64,000 nucleotides of DNA, taken from contig JBFMDH010000003.1 in assembly GCA_040754075.1 (NCBI GenBank), forward strand, positions 14,307-78,306, read 5' to 3'. How positions within the stretch are numbered: position 1 is the first letter of the stretch; each line of letters starts with the position of its first letter. Below the pieces are notes generated by a model. It was not told the DNA's origin. It saw only the letters and a list, made by a program, of their open reading frames with translations, and searched no databases. Of this stretch, positions 40,370 to 50,800 are shown in pieces. This DNA is from Acidobacteriota bacterium. Lineage in GTDB: Bacteria > Acidobacteriota > Blastocatellia > UBA7656. The translations under genes were made by a program, and so were the position numbers.

Positions 40370-40513
40370 ATGCAATACTCGGCAAATCGAAAACCGAATA
40401 GTTTTGCCAAAGCCGTCGTCAAAGAAACCGACGATATTCTTGCGCTTTCCGTCATTACTCTGCTTATTCCGGTAATTATTGTAGTCGTAGTACTGCTTAT
40501 TAAAAGCGGATGA
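40370..40513 (+). CDS. Branched-chain amino acid leader peptide (47 aa: MQYSANRKPNSFAKAVVKETDDILALSVITLLIPVIIVVVVLLIKSG)
   Basis: ATG 6 nt after the leuA stop. Twenty of the last 26 codons encode Ile/Leu/Val, including the run ATT ATT GTA GTC GTA GTA CTG CTT ATT. Followed by alternative hairpins and an intrinsic terminator ahead of ilvB. Confidence 0.7.
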   Translation: MQYSANRKPNSFAKAVVKETDDILALSVITLLIPVIIVVVVLLIKSG

Positions 40514-40582
40514 CGGTAACTTGCAAAAGAAAGCAAAAGCAAAAGCCGTCATCAAGAAAAAAAGATGACGGCTTTTGAATTT
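40449..40582 (+). promoter_or_regulatory. Four-segment transcription attenuator of the ilv operon
   Basis: Segment 1 CCGTCAT (40449-40455, inside the leader ORF). Segment 2 GATGACGG (40509-40516, overlapping the leader stop). Segment 3 GCCGTCATC (40544-40552). Segment 4 GATGACGGC (40563-40571) followed by TTTTGAATTTT. Pairings 1:2, 2:3 (antiterminator) and 3:4 (terminator) are mutually exclusive. Confidence 0.65.
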
Positions 40583-40631
40583 TACGGCGCAGCATCAACG
40601 AAATTGATTGCCATATCAAAAAGGAAATCGC

Positions 40632-42383
40632 ATGGGAGCCATAGCACGAGAACTCATTAAACGGGCAGCACAGCACGAACCCACGCCGCAAGTGATGAGC
40701 GGCGCACGCATCGTTTGTGAAGCGTTGATGCGCGAAGGCGTTGACACAATCTTCGGTTATCCGGGTGGGGTGGTGTTGCCGATTTACGATGAATTGCTTA
40801 ACTACAAAGGCAAAATCCGTCACATCCTGGTGCGTCACGAACAGGGCGCAATGCACATGGCTGAAGGTTACGCGAAAGCCACAGGCAAAGTCGGATGTGT
40901 GTTGGTCACCTCAGGTCCAGGCGCAACCAATACAGTCACCGGCATTGCCAATGCTTTTTTGGATTCAACGCCGCTGGTGGTCATCACCGGTCAAGTGCCG
41001 ACGAAACTCATCGGCAACGATGCCTTTCAGGAAGTCGATACCGTGGGCATCACGCGCGCCTGCACCAAGTACAACTATCTGGTAAGCGATGCGCGCGATT
41101 TGCCGCACATCATCAAAGAAGCCTTTTTCATTGCCCAAACCGGGCGTCCGGGTCCCGTGTTGATTGATATTCCCAAAGACGTTTGCACCCAAACCGCGCC
41201 CTTCGTTTATGCCGATAACATCAACGTTGCGGGCTATGCGCCCCACCTGTTTGGTGAATCGGAATCCATCAAACGCGCCGCGCAAAAAATCGCGTCTGCC
41301 GAAAGACCGATTCTCTACATCGGTGGCGGCGTCATTCACGCCAATGCCTTCGATGAAATCGTCGAACTTGCTGAGCGGCTTTCTTTGCCGGTCACGCCAA
41401 CTTTGATGGGACTTGGTGGATTTCCGTCGGGGCATCCGCTCAATTTGGGAATGCTTGGCATGCATGGAATGTACTGGGCAAATATGGCGGTTTCCGAAGC
41501 CGATTTGCTGATTGCCGTCGGCGCGCGATTTGATGACCGGGTGACCGGCGCGCTCAATAAATTCGCGCCCCATGCCGAAATCATTCACGTCGATATTGAC
41601 CCCGGTTCAATCAGCAAAAATGTTCGCGCCACCATAGGCATCGTCGGCGACGCGAAAACCGTGGCGCAACAATTGATTGATGCGCTCAGCGAAGCAGAAT
41701 GCGCGACGAGTCGCGAACGCCTCAACAGTTGGTGGCAACAGATAAACGAATGGAAAACTTATGCGCCGCTCACTTTTGATGATACGGATGAGGTGATTAT
41801 GCCGCAGCGGTTGATTCGCGAATTGCACCGTTTAACCCAGGGCGACGCGATTATCGCAACCGATGTCGGACAGCATCAGATGTGGCTTGCGCAATATTAT
41901 CCGTTCAATTCGCCGCGCCAGAATTTGACGTCGGGGGGACTCGGCACAATGGGTTATGGATTCCCTGCGGCGCTCGGCGCGCAACTGGCTTTTCCGAATC
42001 GTCAGGTGATTGCTTTTGTCGGCGACGGCGGATTTCAAATGACCGCGCAGGAACTGGCGACCGCTGTGAAGTGCCGCGCCAATGTCAAAGTCATTGTCAT
42101 GAACAACGCGACGTTGGGAATGGTGCGCCAACTGCAAGATTTGTTCTATGACGGTAATTGCACGAATGTTGATTTAAGCGGCAATCCCGATTTCGTCAAA
42201 CTCGCGGAAGCTTACGGGGCAACCGGACTGAGAGCCACACGCCCCGAAGAGTTGAGCGAAGTGTTAGAACGCGGCTTGAATACGCCCGGCGTGGTGGTGA
42301 TGGATATTGCGGTTGCCGATAACCTGAATGTCTATCCGATGGTTCCCGCAGGCGCAGGGCTGACGGAGATGATTTTGAATTGA
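40632..42383 (+). CDS. ilvB: Acetolactate synthase large (catalytic) subunit
   Basis: AGGAAA SD. TPP-enzyme motifs ([19 protein letters not shown]...N...) and 584-aa length. Confidence 0.9.
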   Translation: MGAIARELIKRAAQHEPTPQVMSGARIVCEALMREGVDTIFGYPGGVVLPIYDELLNYKGKIRHILVRHEQGAMHMAEGYAKATGKVGCVLVTSGPGATNTVTGIANAFLDSTPLVVITGQVPTKLIGNDAFQEVDTVGITRACTKYNYLVSDARDLPHIIKEAFFIAQTGRPGPVLIDIPKDVCTQTAPFVYADNINVAGYAPHLFGESESIKRAAQKIASAERPILYIGGGVIHANAFDEIVELAERLSLPVTPTLMGLGGFPSGHPLNLGMLGMHGMYWANMAVSEADLLIAVGARFDDRVTGALNKFAPHAEIIHVDIDPGSISKNVRATIGIVGDAKTVAQQLIDALSEAECATSRERLNSWWQQINEWKTYAPLTFDDTDEVIMPQRLIRELHRLTQGDAIIATDVGQHQMWLAQYYPFNSPRQNLTSGGLGTMGYGFPAALGAQLAFPNRQVIAFVGDGGFQMTAQELATAVKCRANVKVIVMNNATLGMVRQLQDLFYDGNCTNVDLSGNPDFVKLAEAYGATGLRATRPEELSEVLERGLNTPGVVVMDIAVADNLNVYPMVPAGAGLTEMILN

Positions 42384-42387
42384 AGAA

Positions 42388-42521
42388 GTCTGGAGTCTGG
42401 AGTCGAGAGTCTGGAGTCTCAAATTTGTAGGGGTGAGAGTAGCTTCAAAAATAGAGAGGCAAAATCAACGTTCAAATTTGAAACTGCGGACTCCAGACTC
42501 CAGACTCTCGACTCCAGACAG
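42388..42521. repeat. Inverted arrays of tandem heptamers (GTCTGGA x4 / GACTCCA x4) flanking a ~65-nt spacer in the ilvB-ilvN gap
   Basis: The left arm is gtctgga gtctgga gtcgaga gtctgga gtctc. The right arm is gactcca gactcca gactctc gactcca gacagtc, its approximate reverse complement. Inner direct repeats caaatttg x2. Confidence 0.7.
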
Positions 42522-42525
42522 TCTT

Positions 42526-43050
42526 ATGAAACATACAATTTCAGTAATTCTTGAAGACCGCTTCGGAGATTTGCAACGCATCGTTGGCATGTTCAGCGCC
42601 AAGTGTTTGCCGATTGAATCCCTGAGCGTTTCACCGACCATGAATGGCACGCTCTCTTCGGCAACTATCGTCACCAGTGGCGAAGCAAAAGCCATCGAAC
42701 AGATTGTCAAATTGCTCAATCGTCAGGTGCGCGTATTGAGCGCGGCGGATGTGACGAATCTCGATTGTATCGAGCGCGAAATGGCATTTGTGAAAGTCAA
42801 AGCGGAAAACGGCGAAGCGCGACAAAAGGCTTTGAATCTGGTGTCGCTTTTCCATGCCAAAATCGTAGATGCGACCAACGAAGGTTTCATTGTCGAAGTC
42901 ATTGGTGACAGCAATACGGTTCGCGGTCTGGTGCATTCGCTGCAACCGTTCGGCGTGCACGAGGTCGTGCGCACCGGAACCGTAGCCATCGAGCGATTGA
43001 ACGAAGCGGGTGAGCAAGCGGCTGCTAATTGCCAGGTCGCGGCAGATTGA
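42526..43050 (+). CDS. ilvN: Acetolactate synthase small (regulatory) subunit
   Basis: ACT domain MKHTISVILEDRFGDLQRIVGMFS and a C-terminal AHAS small-subunit domain. Confidence 0.85.
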   Translation: MKHTISVILEDRFGDLQRIVGMFSAKCLPIESLSVSPTMNGTLSSATIVTSGEAKAIEQIVKLLNRQVRVLSAADVTNLDCIEREMAFVKVKAENGEARQKALNLVSLFHAKIVDATNEGFIVEVIGDSNTVRGLVHSLQPFGVHEVVRTGTVAIERLNEAGEQAAANCQVAAD

Positions 43051-43160
43051 TTTTTGTTGAGCAAACGGTCTTTGACCGCGATGAGTATTACTCATTGAGC
43101 AAACGGTCTTTGACCGCAAATAAGAAGATTTGATGTCCGTTGAGTGAGCGGTCTAAAGAC
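43051..43160. repeat. Three tandem ~36-bp repeats, each carrying the palindrome (A/G)CGGTC-N3-GACCGC, in the ilvN-ilvC gap
   Basis: ttgagcaaacggtctttgaccgc x2 and ttgagtgagcggtctaaagaccgc, plus the palindrome ATGAGTATTACTCAT at about 43082. A related copy, ttgagcaagcggtc...gcggtcatagaccgc, lies at 36246-36301. Confidence 0.65.
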
Positions 43161-43208
43161 CGCGAGCGAAATTTAAACCAGGAAGATATTTTTAATTCAG
43201 AGGATTTT

Positions 43209-44225
43209 ATGAAAATTTTTTATGACAAAGATGCTGACCTTGACTATCTACGAGGTAAAAAAATCGCCATCATCGGGTATGGTTCACAAGGTCATGCGCA
43301 TGCGAATAATTTAAAAGATTCGGGTTGCGATGTAATTGTCGGACTCAAAGCCGGGAGCCTTTCGCGCGCCAAAGCCGAAGCCGCCGGTCTCACGGTTCAA
43401 GACACTGCCGAAGCTGCCTTCAACGCCGACATCATCATGATGCTGGTGCCCGATGAAGTCGCGCCGAAAATTTATGCGCAGGATATTGCGCCAAATCTGT
43501 TGCCCGGCAACTCCCTGGTGTTCGCGCATGGCTTTTCGATTCATTTCAAAAAAATCGTGCCGCCGGAAAACGTCAATGTTTTTATGGTTGCGCCCAAAGG
43601 TCCCGGTCATCTGGTGCGCCACGAATACACCGAAGGACGCGGTGTTCCGTGTTTGCTGGCAATTCATCAGGACGCCAGCGGCAACACCCAACAAACAGGA
43701 CTCGCTTATGCGTCGGCGATTGGCGGCGGTCGCGCGGCAATTTTGGAAACCACGTTTCGCGAAGAGACCGAGACCGACCTTTTCGGTGAACAAGCGGTCT
43801 TGTGCGGCGGTCTCGCCTCGCTCATTCAAGCCGGTTTCGATACCTTGGTTGAAGCGGGCTATTCACGCGAGATGGCTTATTTTGAATGCCTCCACGAAGT
43901 CAAACTCATCGTTGATTTAATTTATGAAGGCGGCATTTCCAACATGCGTTATTCGGTATCGAACACCGCCGAATATGGCGATCTATCGCGCGGCGGGCGC
44001 GTCATTAATGACGGCGTGCGGCAAGAGATGAAACAACTTTTAAAAGAAATTCAGTCGGGCGAATTCGCCGACGAATGGATGGCTGAAAATGAAGCCGGTA
44101 AACCGCGTTTCAAAGCTATGGAAGCCGCAGGACTGGCGCATCCGATTGAAGAGGTCGGCAGAGAGTTGCGCGGCATGATGCCCTGGCTTCAGCAAAATAA
44201 ATTGGTCAACAAAGCGAAAAATTAG
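43209..44225 (+). CDS. ilvC: Ketol-acid reductoisomerase
   Basis: NADP-binding motif [17 protein letters not shown], class-I KARI length (338 aa), and the C-terminal knotted domain. Confidence 0.9.
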   Translation: MKIFYDKDADLDYLRGKKIAIIGYGSQGHAHANNLKDSGCDVIVGLKAGSLSRAKAEAAGLTVQDTAEAAFNADIIMMLVPDEVAPKIYAQDIAPNLLPGNSLVFAHGFSIHFKKIVPPENVNVFMVAPKGPGHLVRHEYTEGRGVPCLLAIHQDASGNTQQTGLAYASAIGGGRAAILETTFREETETDLFGEQAVLCGGLASLIQAGFDTLVEAGYSREMAYFECLHEVKLIVDLIYEGGISNMRYSVSNTAEYGDLSRGGRVINDGVRQEMKQLLKEIQSGEFADEWMAENEAGKPRFKAMEAAGLAHPIEEVGRELRGMMPWLQQNKLVNKAKN

Positions 44226-44349
44226 CGAGAAGTGACGGGTGATGAAAGGGGCTGTTTCAAAGTGCTGAGAAGCAAATCGCATGGAAGACTCCTTAGAAAT
44301 TCGCCCGCTAGTCACTCGCCACTTGTCGCTAAATTAAAGAGAGGTAGTT

Positions 44350-44724
44350 ATGGGTTTTTACGATTGGGACAAAATGCGAGCCGAAGATATTTCGGAACTC
44401 TATAAACGGAAAATGGCGATTGGCGAAAATCTCACGGTCGCGCGCGTCGAAGTGCAACAGGGCGCAACCACCCAGACGCATTCACACGAGAGCGAAGAAG
44501 TCATCATGGTTTTAAAAGGCGCGTGGCGATTTTATCTGCCACACGGCGAAATCACCCTGCGCGCCAATCAAATGCTGTCGATTCCACCGGGCGTCGAACA
44601 TTCATCGGAAGTTCTGGAAGACACGGTTGCCATAGACATCTGCACACCGATGCGCTTTGATTGGATTACCGGCGAAGACCGTTTTTTGCATCAAGACCCG
44701 GATCAATTGCTCTGGGCAGTATAA
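44350..44724 (+). CDS. Cupin-2 domain protein inserted in the ilv operon
   Basis: Small beta-barrel cupin motifs (HSHESEEVIMVLKGAWRFYL, PPGVEHSS). Located between ilvC and ilvD. Confidence 0.55.
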   Translation: MGFYDWDKMRAEDISELYKRKMAIGENLTVARVEVQQGATTQTHSHESEEVIMVLKGAWRFYLPHGEITLRANQMLSIPPGVEHSSEVLEDTVAIDICTPMRFDWITGEDRFLHQDPDQLLWAV

Positions 44725-44725
44725 C

Positions 44726-44893
44726 TGGTGGTCGGTAGCCGGTCGTCGGCAGTCGGTTTTTAGCAATCAGTAGTTTGGTAAAACATTTGCTCTAGTTGTT
44801 GAGTTGAAATTCAATTACTAAACCAAATCCGTGCGAGCAACTGAATACGAAGAACCGATAACCGGCTACCGGCTACCGACTACTGACTACCAA
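44726..44893. repeat. Inverted arrays of tandem heptamers (GGTNGYC x4 / reverse complement x5) flanking a ~95-nt spacer in the cupin-ilvD gap
   Basis: Left arm: ggtggtc ggtagcc ggtcgtc ggcagtc ggt. Right arm: accgata accggct accggct accgact actgact acc. Confidence 0.65.
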
Positions 44894-44895
44894 CT

Positions 44896-46563
44896 ATGAG
44901 AAGTAATTTAATCAAACTCGGCGCAGAACGTGCACCGCATCGCAGCTTGCTCAAAGCTTGTGGTGTGACCGATGGCGATATGCCGAAACCGTTTATCGGC
45001 GTTTGCAATTCTTACATTGACATCATTCCCGGTCATCGCCATTTGCAGGAACTCGGCAAACTCGCAAAAGAAGCGGTGCGCGAAGCCGGTGGCATTCCAT
45101 TTGAATTCAATACCATCGGCGTTGATGATGGCATTGCGATGGGACACATCGGCATGAAGTACAGTTTGCCGTCGCGTGAAATCATCGCCGATTCGGTTGA
45201 AACGGTCATCGAAGCGCACCGGCTCGATGGCATGGTCTGCATTCCGAATTGCGACAAAATCGTGCCGGGAATGTTGATGGCGGCGATGCGCGTCAATGTG
45301 CCGGTGATTTTTGTAAGCGGCGGCGCGATGCGCGCGGGCAAGCTCTCAACCGGAAAAAGCGTCGATTTGATGCACGTCTTTGAAGGCGTCGGCGCAGTGC
45401 AAGCGGGAAAACTTTCTGCCGCAGAGCTTCAGGAAATCGAAGATGTCGCGTGTCCGACCTGCGGTTCATGTTCGGGAATGTTCACCGCCAATTCGATGAA
45501 CTGTTTGATGGAGGCGCTGGGGGTCGCGCTTCCCGGCAACGGTACGTTTTTAGCAGATTCAGTTGATCGCCGTGAACTGGTGAAACAAGCGGCAGCGCAG
45601 ATTATCGAACTGGTGAAAGCCGATTTCAAACCGAGCGATTACATCACGCTCGCGTCGTTTGATAATGCCTTTGCGCTCGATGTGGCGATGGGCGGTTCAA
45701 CCAACACCGTGTTGCACACGCTGGCGATTGCCCGTGAAGCGGGAATCGAATATCCGCTTGAACGTTTGAATGAAATCTCTCAGCGTGTGCCGACGATTTG
45801 CAAAGTCAGCCCGGCGCGTCCCGATGTGCACATCGAAGATGTTGAGAGAGTCGGCGGCATCAGCGCCATTTTGAAAGAACTCGCAAAACGCCAAGGGGCG
45901 CTGGAGTTAAATCAAAAGACCGTGACTATGCAAACGCTTGGCGAAAATATTCGCGAAGCCGCCGCGCCTGATGGCGATGTGATTCGCACCCTTGAAGAAC
46001 CTTTTTCGGAAACCGGCGCGCTGGCAACTTTATTCGGTAACCTCGCGCCCGAAGGCGCAGTCATCAAACGCGCCGCCGCCGATCTGGATTATTTTACCGG
46101 CACGGCGATGGTTTTCGATTCGATGGAAGAAGCCTGTTCTGCTATTTTAAGTGGACTCGTAAAAAAAGGTTCCGTGGTGGTGATTCGTTACGAAGGACCA
46201 CGCGGCGGTCCCGGTATGCAGGAGATGCTTGCGCCGACGGCAAACATCGTTGGCATGGGACTCGGGCGCGACGTGGCGCTGATCACCGATGGGCGGTTTT
46301 CGGGCGCGACCCGCGGCATCTGCATCGGGCATGTTTCACCGGAAGCCGCAGCCGGCGGGACGATTGCCGCGCTTAAAGACGGTGATGTGATTACCATCGA
46401 TTTGAAGAACAATCGTCTGGAAGTTGATTTGGATGCAAGCGAAATCGCCGCGCGCCTTGCCGCCTTGCCGCCATTTCAAACGCGCGTCAAGAGTTCGTAT
46501 TTGCGGCGCTATGCATCGCTTGTGACATCGGCGAACACCGGAGCGGTTCTCAGAAAAGTTTGA
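44896..46563 (+). CDS. ilvD: Dihydroxy-acid dehydratase
   Basis: ILVD/EDD family motifs ([36 protein letters not shown]). 555 aa. Confidence 0.9.
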   Translation: MRSNLIKLGAERAPHRSLLKACGVTDGDMPKPFIGVCNSYIDIIPGHRHLQELGKLAKEAVREAGGIPFEFNTIGVDDGIAMGHIGMKYSLPSREIIADSVETVIEAHRLDGMVCIPNCDKIVPGMLMAAMRVNVPVIFVSGGAMRAGKLSTGKSVDLMHVFEGVGAVQAGKLSAAELQEIEDVACPTCGSCSGMFTANSMNCLMEALGVALPGNGTFLADSVDRRELVKQAAAQIIELVKADFKPSDYITLASFDNAFALDVAMGGSTNTVLHTLAIAREAGIEYPLERLNEISQRVPTICKVSPARPDVHIEDVERVGGISAILKELAKRQGALELNQKTVTMQTLGENIREAAAPDGDVIRTLEEPFSETGALATLFGNLAPEGAVIKRAAADLDYFTGTAMVFDSMEEACSAILSGLVKKGSVVVIRYEGPRGGPGMQEMLAPTANIVGMGLGRDVALITDGRFSGATRGICIGHVSPEAAAGGTIAALKDGDVITIDLKNNRLEVDLDASEIAARLAALPPFQTRVKSSYLRRYASLVTSANTGAVLRKV

Positions 46564-46572
46564 AGAGTGCAG

Positions 46573-46653
46573 GGGTGAAAAGGTGAAGAGGTGAATGCGA
46601 AATTTAAATCGCTTTAAGCTCTGAATCCTGAGTCCTGAATCCTGAATCCTGAC
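46573..46653 (+). repeat. Tandem short repeats in the ilvD-leuB gap (GGTGAAR-A x3; CTGARTC heptamer x5)
   Basis: ggtgaaaa ggtgaaga ggtgaatg, then ctgaatc ctgagtc ctgaatc ctgaatc ctgact, immediately before the leuB ATG. Confidence 0.65.
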
Positions 46654-46654
46654 T

Positions 46655-47716
46655 ATGAAACTGGATATAGCCACATTACCGGGTGATGGAATCGGCAGAG
46701 AAGTCGTTGCCGAGGGCGTGAAGGTGGTTTGCGCCATTGCCCAGCGGTTCAATCACGAAGTCGATATTCGTGAGTATGCCATCGGTGGCTCGGCGCTTGA
46801 TGAATTTGATTCACCGTTTCCCGAAGCGACTGCAAAGGGTTGTCTGGCGAGCAAAGCCGTTTTATTAGGTGCGGTCGGTGGTCCAAAGTATGATGCGAAT
46901 CCGCGAGGCAAAAAACCCGAAGACGGACTTTTGGCGCTCAGAAAAACTTTGAAGGCGTATGCCAATCTGCGCCCGATTGTGGTTTACCAGGAGTTAATTG
47001 AGGCTTCGCCGCTGCGACCTGATATTGTCGAAGGTTGCGATATGTTGATCGTGCGCGAACTGCTCGGCGGATTGTATTTTGGCGAGCCGCGCGGCATCAA
47101 AGAAGACCAGGCGTTTAACACGATGGCTTATTCGATTCCTGAAATCGAACGCATCGCCCACGTGGCGTTCAAAGCCGCTGAAAAACGACGGGGCTTAGTG
47201 GCATCGGTTGATAAAGCGAATGTTTTGGAAACCTCGCAACTCTGGCGCGAAACCGTGAGCCGCGTGGCGCAAGCTTATCCAACCGTCAAACTCGAACACA
47301 TCTTGGTTGATAATTGCGCCATGCAAATTGTTCGCGACCCGCGCCGCTTTGATGTGATTTTAACCGAAAATATGTTCGGGGATATTTTGTCAGATGAGGC
47401 AGCCGTGATTGCCGGTTCCATCGGTATGCTGGCATCTGCAAGCCTTGGCGGCGAGGTGGGACTGTATGAACCGGTTCATGGTTCTGCGCCTGATATTGCA
47501 GGTCAAGGCAAAGCCAACCCGCTTGGCACTATTGCATCGGTTGCGATGATGTTGCGTTATTCATTCGACCTTGAAGAAGAGGCGCGTGCCGTTGAAAGCG
47601 CCATCAAAACCGCTCTGGCAAACGGTCTGCGCACGGCAGATTTAGTCACTGGAAGCTCAGCGGTTCCGACAGCTGTAATGGGCGATGCCATAAAATCGCT
47701 GCTCCTTAGTATTTAG
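46655..47716 (+). CDS. leuB: 3-isopropylmalate dehydrogenase
   Basis: Isocitrate/isopropylmalate dehydrogenase motifs ([32 protein letters not shown]). Confidence 0.9.
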   Translation: MKLDIATLPGDGIGREVVAEGVKVVCAIAQRFNHEVDIREYAIGGSALDEFDSPFPEATAKGCLASKAVLLGAVGGPKYDANPRGKKPEDGLLALRKTLKAYANLRPIVVYQELIEASPLRPDIVEGCDMLIVRELLGGLYFGEPRGIKEDQAFNTMAYSIPEIERIAHVAFKAAEKRRGLVASVDKANVLETSQLWRETVSRVAQAYPTVKLEHILVDNCAMQIVRDPRRFDVILTENMFGDILSDEAAVIAGSIGMLASASLGGEVGLYEPVHGSAPDIAGQGKANPLGTIASVAMMLRYSFDLEEEARAVESAIKTALANGLRTADLVTGSSAVPTAVMGDAIKSLLLSI

Positions 47717-47839
47717 TCCTTGGCTCACATCCTCAGTTGAGCAAATCAATCACCTTAAACAAGCGATTGCGAGTTGTTCAAAAAAAGATACAGCTAAGGT
47801 CTAGGTTTAAAAATAACAAGAAAAACTCGGTGGAAGACT

Positions 47840-50800
47840 ATGAAAGACGATGTCCCTTTTAGGTTGCTCTATGATTCTCAATTTGAACACGACGCTTGCG
47901 GTGTAGGGTTTGTCGCGGATATTGCAGGAAATCCGAGTCATGCGCTGTTGGAAATTGCATTGCAGGCGCTCAATCATCTCGTGCATCGCGGCGCGATTGA
48001 TGCCGATGGCAAAACCGGCGATGGCGCAGGTGTGCTCACCCAACTGCCGAAAAAATTCTTTCAGAAAAAGATTGAAAAATTATGCGGCGCGCGACTTCAA
48101 GCGGAAGATATTGCCGTCGGCATGTTTTTTCTGCCGCAGGATGAAACCATTCGTGTCCGCTCGAAAAGCGCCATCAAACGCGCGCTCAAACAATACAACC
48201 TGGAATTTTTAGCCTGGCGCAATGTGCCCGTAGATAAAAACGCGCTGGGCACAAAAGCTGCTGAAACTTTGCCGCGCATCGAACAGGCTTTGATTGCGCG
48301 CGGCGACTGTCCGCTTACGGAATTTGAGTCAACCCTCTACCTGGTGCGCAAAGAGATTGAACGCCAGACCGCCAACCTCAAAGGCTTTTACACCGTTTCA
48401 CTGTCAAATCAAACCATCGTCTATAAAGGTTTGTTGGTTGCCTCGCAACTCAAAGCCTTTTACAAAGATTTAAGCGACGGGGATTTCGCTTCGGCAATCG
48501 TCGTCTTTCATCAACGCTATTCAACCAACACGTTTCCCAACTGGTCGCTCGCTCAACCGTTTCGCATGATTGCTCACAACGGCGAAATCAATACCATTGC
48601 CGGAAATCGCAACTGGATGCGAGCGCGTGAAGCCACCTTGAATTCACCTTTCTGGCAAGAACGCATCGAAAAACTCAAACCGGTCATCTGGTCTGCGGGG
48701 TCGGATTCGGCAAGTTTAGATAACACCGCCGAGTTATTGATTAAGAGCGGGCGCGATGTGCTGCAGTCGATGTTGATGTTGATGCCTGAAGCCTTTGAAA
48801 ACGCTCAGGGGATGAATGCCGATTTGCGCGGTTTTTATGATTATTCGGCGTGTTTGATGGAACCCTGGGACGGTCCGGCGGCGGTCGCCTTCAGCGATGG
48901 CAAAATCGTCGGCGCGCGATTAGACCGCAATGGACTGAGACCTGCGCGTTACGCCGTCACCAGTGATGGCTTGATGATTCTGACTTCCGAAGCCGGAGCT
49001 ATTGAACTCGCGCCGGAAACCATCGTCGAAAAAGGCAGACTTGCGCCCGGCGAAATGATTGCCGTGGATACGACGCGCGGCGTGGTCTTGGGCGATGAAG
49101 AAATCAAACGCGGGTGCGCGGCGCGCAAGCCCTATGCCGATTGGGTCAGAGACGGCTTTGTCGCCTGTCCCAGCATTGCCGATAACAACTGCACCGATGA
49201 TTTCAATGACCTCAGTTTAACCGAGCGCATGAAGGCTTATGGTTACACCCTTGAAGATGTGCAGCGCATCATCGACCCGATGTTTGAAGAAGGCAAAGAG
49301 CCTGTGGGTTCGATGGGCGACGATACGCCGCTTGCGGTTTTATCTGCGAAACCGCGAGTGCTTTATAACTATTTCAAACAGCGGTTCGCGCAGGTTACCA
49401 ATCCGGCGATTGACCCGATTCGCGAACGCGGCGTGATGTCTTTGGAAACCCTGCTTGGCGCAAGAGGCAGTTTGCTTGAAGAGCGCGCGGAGTTTGCCAA
49501 ACTGGTTAAATTGCATAGCCCGGTGATTACCAACAACGAGCTTGAATGGTTAAAAAACCTCGATAAACAGGGCTTTTCGGCGATAACTTTGAAAACGCTT
49601 TTTGAAGTAAAAAATGATCATGCCTGTTCAGAGATGGTTTCAGACCGCCAGGCAAGCGGTCAAAGATCGCTTCTCAACTCTAAGCCTGAGTTATCCGGTT
49701 CTTGCCTGGAAAACGCGCTTGATGAGTTATGCGCACAGGCAAGCGAAGCCGCCGACAAAGGCTACGCGATTTTAATTTTAAGCGATAAAGGCATAGATGA
49801 ATCACACGCGCCGATACCGATGTTGCTTGCCGTGTCGGCTGTGCATCATCACTTGATTCGCGAAGGCAAACGCCTGCGTGTCAGTCTGATTGCCGAAACT
49901 GCGGACGCCCGCGAAGACCATCACTTCGCCTGTTTGATGGGTTACGGAGCCAGCGCGGTGAATCCTTATCTGGCATTTGAAATCGTTGCCAACGAAGTTC
50001 AGCATCGCGGCATGAGCACACCGGCGGCGCTCAAAAATTACAAGACCGCGGTTGAAAACGGCTTGTTGAAAATCTTGGCGAAAATGGGCATCGCGACGAT
50101 TGCCAGTTACAGCGGCGCGCAGATTTTTGAAGCCATCGGCGTCGGCGACCGGTTGATTGAAAAATATTTTACCGGCACACCTTCACGCATCGGCGGCATC
50201 ACGCTTCGCGAAATCGCCGGAGACGGGTTGCAATTTCACGCCTCGGCATTTGCCGTAAAAGATAAACAGCAACTCGATGATGCAGGCTATTATCGCTATC
50301 GCGCGGGCGGCGAATTTCACACCTTCAATCCGCAGGTCTTTCGATTGTTGCATAAATTCGCGAGAGCCGGTGATGAAGAAGCCTTCAAAAAATTCGCTGC
50401 CCAAATCGATACGCGCGCGCCGGCGGCGCTTCGCGACTTGCTGGAATTTCGCAAAGGCGAAAGCATCGCGCTCGATGAAATCGAAGCCGCAGAAAATATC
50501 GTGCGGCGGTTTTCGATTTCCGCCATGTCGCTTGGCGCATTATCGCCCGAAGCCCATGAAACTTTAGCGATTGCCATGAATCGCCTTGGCGCAAAGAGCA
50601 ACAGCGGCGAAGGCGGCGAATCGCCCGCGCGTTATCGTCCGCGCGAAGATGGCGACTCGGCAAACAGCCGCATCAAGCAAGTGGCTTCGGCAAGGTTTGG
50701 CGTGACGCCCGAATATCTGGTGAGCGCCGATGAACTCGAAATTAAAATCGCGCAGGGCGCAAAACCCGGCGAAGGCGGACAATTGCCCGGTCATAAAGTG

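Noticed and set aside
40965-41588. 207-aa and other antisense ORFs inside ilvB, and 50828..51577 inside gltB
   Set aside because: They overlap well-supported conserved enzymes on the opposite strand and have no independent start or SD support.
43051-43160. Possible CRISPR array (three ~36-bp direct repeats)
   Set aside because: The repeats abut each other with 1-15 nt between them rather than 25-40-nt unique spacers. There are only three copies and no cas genes are in the window. Treated as a palindromic repeat/operator-like element instead.
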